NCBI GenBank assembly: GCA_964057225.1
Contig: OZ059900.1
Coordinates: 7,192,001-7,256,000 of the forward strand
DNA length: 64,000 nucleotides
Origin: Auanema rhodensis
Taxonomy: Eukaryota; Animalia; Nematoda
Direction of reading: 5' to 3'
Positions within the stretch are counted from its first letter, which is position 1, and every line of letters begins with the position of its first letter. Under the pieces are notes generated by a model. The model saw only the letters and a program-made list of their open reading frames with translations, had not been told where the DNA came from and did not search any database. Both the position numbers and the translations under genes were made by a program. Of the stretch, positions 47,613-61,200 are shown in pieces.

Positions 47613-50600
47613 TTGACTATTTTCACATATATATGTTCAATTTTAACCACTTTGGTCAAAAAGGACCGAAAATATCAAGAATTATTGGTTTTTTGGGGTT
47701 TGAAGGGCATTTTGGCAAAATCAGTCAAACTTTTGATCTTAAGCATATTTTTTTCTTCTAAAACGACTAAATGTATGAAATACTTTCATAAAATGTTCAT
47801 ATAGGTGTATTTTGCACGAATATCAAAACTGATTGAAATATGGGCCTTTTTATGCTCAAAACGCCATATATTCAACGATTTTGGGTACAAAACATGTGAA
47901 AACTGTATGTTTTGATCAGACCCTTTGAGATATGGATTTGAATTTCAGGATTCATAAACTTTGACTATTTTCACATATATATGTTCAATTTTAACCACTT
48001 TGGTCAAAAAGGACCGAAAATATCAAGAATTATTGGTTTTTTGGGGTTTGAAGGGCATTTTGGCAAAATCAGTCAAACTTTTGATCTTAAGCATATTGTT
48101 TTTTTCTAAAACGACTAAATGTATGAAATACTGTCATAGAATGTTCATATATGTGTATTTTGCACGAATATCAAAACTGATTGAAATATGGGCCTTTTTA
48201 TGCTCAAAACGCCATATATTCAACGATTTTGGGTACAAAACATGTGAAAACTGTATGTTTTGATCAGACCCTTTGAGATATGGATTTGAATTTCAGGATT
48301 CATAAACTTTGACTATTTTCACATATATATGTTCAATTTTAACCACTTTGGTCAAAAAGGACCGAAAATATCAAGAATTATTGGTTTTTTGGGGTTTGAA
48401 GAGCATTTTGGCAAAATCAGTCAAACTTTTGATCTTAAGCATATTTTTTTCTTCTAAAACAACTAAATGTATGAAATACTTTCATAGAATGTTCATATAG
48501 GTGTATTTTGCACGAATATCAAAACTGATTGAAATATGGGCCTTTTTATGCTCAAAACGCCATATATTCAACGATTTTGGGTACAAAACATGTGAAAACT
48601 GTATGTTTTGATCAGACCCTTTAAGATATGAATTTGAATTTGAGGATTCATAAACTTTGACTATTTTCACATATATATGTTCAATTTTAACCACTTTGGT
48701 CAAAAAGGACCGAAAATATCAAGAATTATTGGTTTTTTGGGGTTTGAAGAGCATTTTGGCAAAATCAGTCAAACTTTTGATCTTAAGCATATTTTTTTCT
48801 TCTAAAACAACTAAATGTATGAAATACTTTCATAGAATGTTCATATAGGTGTATTTTGCACGAATATCAAAACTGATTGAAATATGGGCCTTTTTATGCT
48901 CAAAACGCCATATATTCAACGATTTTGGGTACAAAACATGTGAAAACTGTATGTTTTGATCAGACCCTTTGAGATATGGATTTGAATTTCAGGATTCATA
49001 AACTTTGACTATTTTCACATATATATGTTCAATTTTAACCACTTTGGTCAAAAAGGACCGAAAATATCAAGAATTATTGGTTTTTTGGGGTTTGAAGAGC
49101 ATTTTGGCAAAATCAGTCAAACTTTTGATCTTAAGCATATTGTTTTCTTCTAAAACGACTAAATGTATGAAATACTGTCATAGAATGTTCATATATGTGT
49201 ATTTTGCACGAATATCAAAACTGATTGAAATATGGGCCTTTTTATGCTCAAAACGCCATATATTCAACGATTTTGGGTACAAAACATGTGAAAACTGTAT
49301 GTTTTGATCAGACCCTTTGAGATATGGATTTGAATTTCAGGATTCATAAACTTTGACTATTTTCACATATATATGTTCAATTTTAACCACTTTGGTCAAA
49401 AAGGACCGAAAATATCAAGAATTATTGGTTTTTTGGGGTTTGAAGAGCATTTTGGCAAAATCAGTCAAACTTTTGATCTTAAGCATATTTTTTTCTTCTA
49501 AAACAACTAAATGTATGAAATACTTTCATAGAATGTTCATATAGGTGTATTTTGCACGAATATCAAAACTGATTGAAATATGGGCCTTTTTATGCTCAAA
49601 ACGCCATATATTCAACGATTTTGGGTACAAAACATGTGAAAACTGTATGTTTTGATCAGACCCTTTGAGATATGAATTTGAATTTGAGGATTCATAAACT
49701 TTGACTATTTTCACATATATATGTTCAATTTTAACCACTTTGGTCAAAAAGGACCGAAAATATCAAGAATTATTGGTTTTTTGGGGTTTGAAGGGCATTT
49801 TGGCAAAATCAGTCAAACTTTTGATCTTAAGCATATTTTTTTCTTCTAAAACAACTAAATGTATGAAATACTTTCATAGAATGTTCATATAGGTGTATTT
49901 TGCACGAATATCAAAACTGATTGAAATATGGGTCTTTTTATGCTCAAAACGCCATATATTCAACGATTTTGGGTACAAAACATGTGAAAACTGTATGTTT
50001 TGATCAGACCCTTTGAGATATGGATTTGAAATTCAGGATTCATAAACTTTGACTATTTTTACATATATATGTCCAATTTTAACCACTTTGGTCAAAAAGG
50101 ACCGAAAATATCAAGAATTATTGGTTTTTTGGGGTTTGAAGGGCATTTTGGCAAAATCAGTCAAACTTTTGATCTTAAGCATATTTTTTTCTTCTAAAAC
50201 GACTAAATGTATGAAATACCGTCATAGAATGTTCATATAGGTGTATTTTGCACGAATATCAAAACTGATTGAAATATGGGCCTTTTTATGCTCAAAACGC
50301 CATATATTCAACGATTTTGGGTACAAAACATGTGAAAACTGTATGTTTTGATCAGACCCTTTGAGATATGAATTTGAATTTGAGGATTCATAAACTTTGA
50401 CTATTTTCACATATATATGTTCAATTTTTACCACTTTGGTCAAAAAGGACCGAAAATATCAAGAATTATTGGTTTTTTGGGGTTTGAAGGGCATTTTGGC
50501 AAAATCAGTCAAACTTTTGATCTTAAGCATATTTTTTTCTTCTAAAACAACTAAATGTATGAAATACTTTCATAGAATGTTCATATAGGTGTATTTTGCA

Positions 50601-51092
50601 CGAATATCAAAACTGATTGAAATATGGGTCTTTTTATGCTCAAAACGCCATATATTCAACGATTTTGGGTACAAAACATGTGAAAACTGTATGTTTTGAT
50701 CAGACCCTTTGAGATATGGATTTGAAATTCAGGATTCATAAACTTTGACTATTTTTACATATATATGTCCAATTTTAACCACTTTGGTCAAAAAGGACCG
50801 AAAATATCAAGAATTATTGGTTTTTTGGGGTTTGAAGGGCATTTTGGCAAAATCAGTCAAACTTTTGATCTTAAGCATATTTTTTTCTTCTAAAACGACT
50901 AAATGTATGAAATACCGTCATAGAATGTTCATATAGGTGTATTTTGCACGAATATCAAAACTGATTGAAATATGGGTCTTTTTATGCTCAAAACGCCATA
51001 TATTCAACGATTTTGGGTACAAAACATGTGAAAACTGTATGTTTTGATCAGACCCTTTGAGATATGGATGTGAAATTCAGGATTCATAAACT

Positions 51093-54000
51093 TTGACTAT
51101 TTTTACATATATATGTCCAATTTTAACCACTTTGGTCGAAAAGGACCGAAAATATCAAGAATTATTGGTTTTTTGGGGTTTGAAGGGCATTTTGGCAAAA
51201 TCAGTCAAACTTTTGATCTTAAGCATATTTTTTTTTTCTAAAACGACTAAATGTATGAAATACTGTCATAGCATGTTCATATAGGTGTATTTTGCACGAA
51301 TATCAAAACTGATTGAAATATGGGCCTTTTTATGCTCAAAACGCCATATATTCAACGATTTTGGGTACAAAACATGTGAAAACTGTATGTTTTGATCAGA
51401 CCCTTTGAGATATGGATTTGAAATTCAGGATTCATAAACTTTGACTATTTTCATATATATATGTTCAATTTTAACCACTTTGGTTAAAAAGGACCGAAAA
51501 TATCAAGAATTATTGGTTTTTTGGGGTTTGAAGAGCATTTTGGCAAATTCACTCAAACTTTTGATCTTAAGCATATTTTTTTCTTCTAAAACGACTAAAT
51601 GTATGAAATACTGTCATAAAATGTTCATATAGGTGTATTTTGCACGAATATCAAAACTGATTGAAATATGGGCCTTTTTATGCTCAAAACGCCATATATT
51701 CAACGATTTTGGGTACAAAACATGTGAAAACTGTATGTTTTGATCAGACCCTTTGAGATATGGATTTGAATTTCAGGATTCATAAACTTTGACTATTTTC
51801 ACATATATATGTTCAATTTTAACCACTTTGGTCAAAAAGGACCGAAAATATCAAGAATTATTGGTTTTTTGGGGTTTGAAGGGCATTTTGGCAAAATCAG
51901 TCAAACTTTTGATCTTAAGCATATTGTTTTCTTCTAAAACGACTAAATGTATGAAATACTGTCATAGAATGTTCATATATGTGTATTTTGCACGAATATC
52001 AAAACTGATTGAAATATGGGCCTTTTTATGCTCAAAACGCCATATATTCAACGATTTTGGGTACAAAACATGTGAAAACTGTATGTTTTGATCAGACCCT
52101 TTGAGATATGGATTTGAATTTCAGGATTCATAAACTTTGACTATTTCCACATATATATGTTCAATTTTAACCACTTTGGTCAAAAAGGACCGAAAATATC
52201 AAGAATTATTGGTTTTTTGGGGTTTGAAGAGCATTTTGGCAAAATCAGTCAAACTTTTGATCTTAAGCATATTTTTTTCTTCTAAAACAACTAAATGTAT
52301 GAAATACTTTCATAGAATGTTCATATAGGTGTATTTTGCACGAATATCAAAACTGATTGAAATATGGGCCTTTTTATGCTCAAAACGCCATATATTCAAC
52401 GATTTTGGGTACAAAACATGTGAAAACTGTATGTTTTGATCAGACCCTTTGAGATATGAATTTGAATTCGAGGATTCATAAACTTTGACTATTTTCACAT
52501 ATATATGTTCAATTTTAACCACTTTGGTCAAAAAGGACCGAAAATATCAAGAATTATTGGTTTTTTGGGGTTTGAAGGGCATTTTGGCAAAATCAGTCAA
52601 ACTTTTGATCTTAAACATATTTTTTTCTTCTAAAACAACTAAATGTATGAAATACTTTCATAGAATGTTCATATAGGTGTATTTTGCACGAATATCAAAA
52701 CTGATTGAAATATGGGCCTTTTTATGCTCAAAACGCCATATATTCAACGATTTTGGGTACAAAACATGTGAAAACTGTATGTTTTGATCAGACCCTTTGA
52801 GATATGGATTTGAATTTGAGGATTCATAAACTTTGACTATTTTCACATATATATGTTCAATTTTAACCACTTTGGTCAAAAAGGACCGAAAATATCAAGA
52901 ATTATTGGTTTTTTGGGGTTTGAAGGGCATTTTGGCAAAATCAGTCAAACTTTTGATCTTAAGCATATTTTTTTCTTCTAAAACGACTAAATGTATGAAA
53001 TACCGTCATAGAATGTTCATATAGGTGTATTTTGCACGAATATCAAAACTGATTGAAATATGGGTCTTTTTATGCTCAAAACGCCATATATTCAACGATT
53101 TTGGGTACAAAACATGTGAAAACTGTATGTTTTGATCAGACCCTTTGAGATATGGATGTGAAATTCAGGATTCATAAACTTTGACTATTTTTACATATAT
53201 ATGTCCAATTTTAACCACTTTGGTCGAAAAGGACCGAAAATATCAAGAATTATTGGTTTTTTGGGGTTTGAAGGGCATTTTGGCAAAATCAGTCAAACTT
53301 TTGATCTTAAGCATATTTTTTTTTTCTAAAACGACTAAATGTATGAAATACTGTCATAGCATGTTCATATAGGTGTATTTTGCACGAATATCAAAACTGA
53401 TTGAAATATGGGCCTTTTTATGCTCAAAACGCCATATATTCAACGATTTTGGGTACAAAACATGTGAAAACTGTATGTTTTGATCAGACCCTTTGAGATA
53501 TGGATTTGAAATTCAGGATTCATAAACTTTGACTATTTTCATATATATATGTTCAATTTTAACCACTTTGGTTAAAAAGGACCGAAAATATCAAGAATTA
53601 TTGGTTTTTTGGGGTTTGAAGAGCATTTTGGCAAATTCACTCAAACTTTTGATCTTAAGCATATTTTTTTCTTCTAAAACGACTAAATGTATGAAATACT
53701 GTCATAAAATGTTCATATAGGTGTATTTTGCACGAATATCAAAACTGATTGAAATATGGGCCTTTTTATGCTCAAAACGCCATATATTCAACGATTTTGG
53801 GTACAAAACATGTGAAAACTGTATGTTTTGATCAGACCCTTTGAGATATGGATTTGAATTTCAGGATTCATAAACTTTGACTATTTTCACATATATATGT
53901 TCAATTTTAACCACTTTGGTCAAAAAGGACCGAAAATATCAAGAATTATTGGTTTTTTGGGGTTTGAAGGGCATTTTGGCAAAATCAGTCAAACTTTTGA

Positions 54001-55268
54001 TCTTAAGCATATTGTTTTCTTCTAAAACGACTAAATGTATGAAATACTGTCATAGAATGTTCATATATGTGTATTTTGCACGAATATCAAAACTGATTGA
54101 AATATGGGCCTTTTTATGCTCAAAACGCCATATATTCAACGATTTTGGGTACAAAACATGTGAAAACTGTATGTTTTGATCAGACCCTTTGAGATATGGA
54201 TTTGAATTTCAGGATTCATAAACTTTGACTATTTCCACATATATATGTTCAATTTTAACCACTTTGGTCAAAAAGGACCGAAAATATCAAGAATTATTGG
54301 TTTTTTGGGGTTTGAAGAGCATTTTGGCAAAATCAGTCAAACTTTTGATCTTAAGCATATTTTTTTCTTCTAAAACAACTAAATGTATGAAATACTTTCA
54401 TAGAATGTTCATATAGGTGTATTTTGCACGAATATCAAAACTGATTGAAATATGGGCCTTTTTATGCTCAAAACGCCATATATTCAACGATTTTGGGTAC
54501 AAAACATGTGAAAACTGTATGTTTTGATCAGACCCTTTGAGATATGAATTTGAATTCGAGGATTCATAAACTTTGACTATTTTCACATATATATGTTCAA
54601 TTTTAACCACTTTGGTCAAAAAGGACCGAAAATATCAAGAATTATTGGTTTTTTGGGGTTTGAAGGGCATTTTGGCAAAATCAGTCAAACTTTTGATCTT
54701 AAACATATTTTTTTCTTCTAAAACAACTAAATGTATGAAATACTTTCATAGAATGTTCATATAGGTGTATTTTGCACGAATATCAAAACTGATTGAAATA
54801 TGGGCCTTTTTATGCTCAAAACGCCATATATTCAACGATTTTGGGTACAAAACATGTGAAAACTGTATGTTTTGATCAGACCCTTTGAGATATGGATTTG
54901 AATTTGAGGATTCATAAACTTTGACTATTTTCACATATATATGTTCAATTTTAACCACTTTGGTCAAAAAGGACCGAAAATATCAAGAATTATTGGTTTT
55001 TTGGGGTTTGAAGGGCATTTTGGCAAAATCAGTCAAACTTTTGATCTTAAGCATATTTTTTTCTTCTAAAACGACTAAATGTATGAAATACCGTCATAGA
55101 ATGTTCATATAGGTGTATTTTGCACGAATATCAAAACTGATTGAAATATGGGTCTTTTTATGCTCAAAACGCCATATATTCAACGATTTTGGGTACAAAA
55201 CATGTGAAAACTGTATGTTTTGATCAGACCCTTTGAGATATGGATTTGAAATTCAGGATTCATAAACT
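51093..55268. repeat. 6-monomer higher-order repeat (2,088 bp x2)
   Basis: The same ordered set of rare variants (ggatgtgaa/gtcgaaaa/catagc; ttcatata/aaattcactc; ctatttccac; aattcgag/ttaaac) recurs 2,088 nt apart (51093 vs 53181). A partial third copy starts at 60489. Confidence 0.9.
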
Positions 55269-58200
55269 TTGACTATTTTTACATATATATGTCCAATTTT
55301 AACCACTTTGGTCAAAAAGGACCGAAAATATCAAGAATTATTGGTTTTTTGGGGTTTGAAGGGCATTTTGGCAAAATCAGTCAAACTTTTGATCTTAAGC
55401 ATATTTTTTTCTTCTAAAACAACTAAATGTATGAAATACTTTCATAGAATGTTCATATAGGTGTATTTTGCACGAATATCAAAACTGATTGAAATATGGG
55501 CCTTTTTATGCTCAAAACGCCATATATTCAACGATTTTGGGTACAAAACATGTGAAAACTGTATGTTTTGATCAGACCCTTTGAGATATGGATTTGAATT
55601 TCAGGATTCATAAACTTTGACTATTTTCACATATATATGTTCAATTTCAACCACTTTGGTCAAAAAGGACCGAAAATATCAAGAATTATTGGTTTTTTGG
55701 GGTTTGAAGAGCATTTTGGCAAAATCAGTCAAACTTTTGATCTTAAGCATATTTTTTTCTTCTAAAACAACTAAATGTATGAAATACTTTCATAGAATGT
55801 TCATATAGGTGTATTTTGCACGAATATCAAAACTGATTGAAATATGGGCCTTTTTATGCTCAAAACGCCATATATTCAACGATTTTGGGTACAAAACATG
55901 TGAAAACTGTATGTTTTGATCAGACCCTTTGAGATATGGATTTGAATTTGAGGATTCATAAACTTTGACTATTTTCACATATATATGTTCAATTTTAACC
56001 ACTTTGGTCAAAAAGGACCGAAAATATCAAGAATTATTGGTTTTTTGGGGTTTGAAGGGCATTTTGGCAAAATCAGTCAAACTTTTGATCTTAAGCATAT
56101 TTTTTTCTTCTAAAACGACTAAATGTATGAAATACCGTCATAGAATGTTCATATAGGTGTATTTTGCACGAATATCAAAACTGATTGAAATATGGGTCTT
56201 TTTATGCTCAAAACGCCATATATTCAACGATTTTGGGTACAAAACATGTGAAAACTGTATGTTTTGATCAGACCCTTTGAGATATGGATTTGAAATTCAG
56301 GATTCATAAACTTTGCCTATTTTTACATATATATGTCCAATTTTAACCACTTTGGTCAAAAAGGACCGAAAATATCAAGAATTATTGGTTTTTTGGGGTT
56401 TGAAGGGCATTTTGGCAAAATCAGTCAAACTTTTGATCTTAAGCATATTTTTTTCTTCTAAAACGACTAAATGTATGAAATACCGTCATAGAATGTTCAT
56501 ATAGGTGTATTTTGCACGAATATCAAAACTGATTGAAATATGGGCCTTTTTATGCTCAAAACGCCATATATTCAACGATTTTGGGTACAAAACATGTGAA
56601 AACTGTATGTTTTGATCAGACCCTTTGAGATATGGATTTGAAATTCAGGATTCATAAACTTTGACTATTTTTACATATATATGTCCAATTTTAACCACTT
56701 TGGTCGAAAAGGACCGAAAATATCAAGAATTATTGGTTTTTTGGGGTTTGAAGGGCATTTTGGCAAAATCAGTCAAACTTTTGATCTTAAGCATATTTTT
56801 TTCTTCTAAAACAACTAAATGTATGAAATACTTTCATAGAATGTTCATATAGGTGTATTTTGCACGAATATCAAAACTGATTGAAATATGGGCCTTTTTA
56901 TGCTCAAAACGCCATATATTCAACGATTTTGGGTACAAAACATGTGAAAACTGTATGTTTTGATCAGACCCTTTGAGATATGGAATTGAAATTCAGGATT
57001 CATAAACTTTGCTTATTTTCACATATATATGTTCAATTTCAACCACTTCGGTCAAAAAGGACCGAAAATATCAAGAATTATTGGTTTTTTGGGGTTTGAA
57101 GGGCATTTTGGCAAAATCAGTCAAACTTTTGATCTTAAGCATATTGTTTTCTTCTAAAACGACTAAATGTATGAAATACTGTCATAGAATGTTCATATAT
57201 GTGTATTTTGCACGAACATCAAAACTGATTGAAATATGGGCCTTTTTATGCTCAAAACGCCATATATTCAACGATTTTGGGTACAAAACATGTGAAAACT
57301 GTATGTTTTGATCAGACCCTTTGAGATATGGAATTGAAATTCAGGATTCATAAACTTTGCTTATTTTCACATATATATGTTCAATTTCAACCACTTCGGT
57401 CAAAAAGGACCGAAAATATCAAGAATTATTGGTTTTTTGGGGTTTGAAGGGCATTTTGGCAAAATCAGTCAAACTTTTGATCTTAAGCATATTGTTTTCT
57501 TCTAAAACGACTAAATGTATGAAATACTGTCATAGAATGTTCATATATGTGTATTTTGCACGAACATCAAAACTGATTGAAATATGGGCCTTTTTATGCT
57601 CAAAACGCCATATATTCAACGATTTTGGGTACAAAACATGTGAAAACTGTATGTTTTGATCAGACCCTTTGAGATATGGAATTGAAATTCAGGATTCATA
57701 AACTTTGCTTATTTTCACATATATATGTTCAATTTCAACCACTTCGGTCAAAAAGGACCGAAAATATCAAGAATTATTGGTTTTTTGGGGTTTGAAGGGC
57801 ATTTTGGCAAAATCAGTCAAACTTTTGATCTTAAGCATATTTTTTTCTTCTAAAACAACTAAATGTATGAAATACTTTCATAGAATGTTCATATAGGTGT
57901 ATTTTGCACGAATATCAAAACTGATTGAAATATGGGCCTTTTTATGCTCAAAACGCCATATATTCAACGATTTTGGGTACAAAACATGTGAAAACTGTAT
58001 GTTTTGATCAGACCCTTTGAGATATGGATTTGAATTTGAGGATTCATAAACTTTGACTATTTTCACATATATATGTTCAATTTTAACCACTTTGGTCAAA
58101 AAGGACCGAAAATATCAAGAATTATTGGTTTTTTGGGGTTTGAAGGGCATTTTGGCAAAATCAGTCAAACTTTTGATCTTAAGCATATTTTTTTCTTCTA

Positions 58201-61200
58201 AAACGACTAAATGTATGAAATACTTTCATAAAATGTTCATATAGGTGTATTTTGCACGAATATCAAAACTGATTGAAATATGGGCCTTTTTATGCTCAAA
58301 ACGCCATATATTCAACGATTTTGGGTACAAAACATGTGAAAACTGTATGTTTTGATCAGACCCTTTGAGATATGGATTTGAATTTCAGGATTCATAAACT
58401 TTGACTATTTTCACATATATATGTTCAATTTTAACCACTTTGGTCAAAAAGGACCGAAAATATCAAGAATTATAGGTTTTTTGGGGTTTGAAGGGCATTT
58501 TGGCAAAATCAGTCAAACTTTTGATCTTAAGCATATTGTTTTCTTCTAAAACGACTAAATGTATGAAATACTGTCATAGAATGTTCATATATGTGTATTT
58601 TGCACGAATATCAAAACTGATTGAAATATGGGCCTTTTTATGCTCAAAACGCCATATATTCAACGATTTTGGGTACAAAACATGTGAAAACTGTATGTTT
58701 TGATCAAACCCTTTGAGATATGGATTTGAATTTCAGGATTCATAAACTTTGACTATTTTCACATATATATGTTCAATTTTAACCACTTTGGTCAAAAAGG
58801 ACCGAAAATATCAAGAATTATTGGTTTTTTGGGGTTTGAAGAGCATTTTGGCAAAATCAGTCAAACTTTTGATCTTAAGCATATTTTTTTCTTCTAAAAC
58901 AACTAAATGTATGAAATACTTTCATAGAATGTTCATATAGGTGTATTTTCCACGAATATCAAAACTGATTGAAATATGGGCCTTTTTATGCTCAAAACGC
59001 CATATATTCAACGATTTTGGGTACAAAACATGTGAAAACTGTATGTTTTGATCAGACCCTTTGAGATATGAATTTGAATTTGAGGATTCATAAACTTTGA
59101 CTATTTTCACATATATATGTTCAATTTTAACCACTTTGGTCAAAAAGGACCGAAAATATCAAGAATTATTGGTTTTTTGGGGTTTGAAGAGCATTTTGGC
59201 AAAATCAGTCAAACTTTTGATCTTAAGCATATTTTTTTCTTCTAAAACAACTAAATGTATGAAATACTTTCATAGAATGTTCATATAGGTGTATTTTGCA
59301 CGAATATCAAAACTGATTGAAATATGGGCCTTTTTATGCTCAAAACGCCATATATTCAACGATTTTGGGTACAAAACATGTGAAAACTGTATGTTTTGAT
59401 CAGACCCTTTGAGATATGGATTTGAATTTCAGGATTCATAAACTTTGACTATTTTCACATATATATGTTCAATTTTAACCACTTTGGTCAAAAAGGACCG
59501 AAAATATCAAGAATTTTTGGTTTTTTGGGGTTTGAAGAGCATTTTGGCAAAATCAGTCAAACTTTTGATCTTAAGCATATTTTTTTCTTCTAAAACAACT
59601 AAATGTATGAAATACTTTCATAGAATGTTCATATAGGTGTATTTTGCACGAATATCAAAACTGATTGAAATATGGGCCTTTTTATGCTCAAAACGCCATA
59701 TATTCAACGATTTTGGGTACAAAACATGTGAAAACTGTATGTTTTGATCAGACCCTTTGAGATATGAATTTGAATTTGAGGATTCATAAACTTTGACTAT
59801 TTTCACATATATATGTTCAATTTTAACCACTTTGGTCAAAAAGGACCGAAAATATCAAGAATTATTGGTTTTTTGGGGTTTGAAGGGCATTTTGGCAAAA
59901 TCAGTCAAACTTTTGATCTTAAGCATATTTTTTTCTTCTAAAACAACTAAATGTATGAAATACTTTCATAGAATGTTCATATAGGTGTATTTTGCACGAA
60001 TATCAAAACTGATTGAAATATGGGTCTTTTTATGCTCAAAACGCCATATATTCAACGATTTTGGGTACAAAACATGTGAAAACTGTATGTTTTGATCAGA
60101 CCCTTTGAGATATGGATTTGAAATTCAGGATTCATAAACTTTGACTATTTTTACATATATATGTCCAATTTTAACCACTTTGGTCAAAAAGGACCGAAGA
60201 TATCAAGAATTATTGGTTTTTTGGGGTTTGAAGGGCATTTTGGCAAAATCAGTCAAACTTTTGATCTTAAGCATATTTTTTTCTTCTAAAACGACTAAAT
60301 GTATGAAATACCGTCATAGAATGTTCATATAGGTGTATTTTGCACGAATATCAAAACTGATTGAAATATGGGCCTTTTTATGCTCAAAACGCCATATATT
60401 CAACGATTTTGGGTACAAAACATGTGAAAACTGTATGTTTTGATCAGACCCTTTGAGATATGGATGTGAAATTCAGGATTCATAAACTTTGACTATTTTT
60501 ACATATATATGTCCAATTTTAACCACTTTGGTCGAAAAGGACCGAAAATATCAAGAATTATTGGTTTTTTGGGGTTTGAAGGGCATTTTGGCAAAATCAG
60601 TCAAACTTTTGATCTTAAGCATATTTTTTTTTTCTAAAACGACTAAATGTATGAAATACTGTCATAGCATGTTCATATAGGTGTATTTTGCACGAATATC
60701 AAAACTGATTGAAATATGGGCCTTTTTATGCTCAAAACGCCATATATTCAACGATTTTGGGTACAAAACATGTGAAAACTGTATGTTTTGATCAGACCCT
60801 TTGAGATATGGATTTGAAATTCAGGATTCATAAACTTTGACTATTTTCATATATATATGTTCAATTTTAACCACTTTGGTTAAAAAGGACCGAAAATATC
60901 AAGAATTATTGGTTTTTTGGGGTTTGAAGAGCATTTTGGCAAATTCACTCAAACTTTTGATCTTAAGCATATTTTTTTCTTCTAAAACGACTAAATGTAT
61001 GAAATACTGTCATAAAATGTTCATATAGGTGTATTTTGCACGAATATCAAAACTGATTGAAATATGGGCCTTTTTATGCTCAAAACGCCATATATTCAAC
61101 GATTTTGGGTACAAAACATGTGAAAACTGTATGTTTTGATCAGACCCTTTGAGATATGGATTTGAATTTCAGGATTCATAAACTTTGACTATTTTCACAT

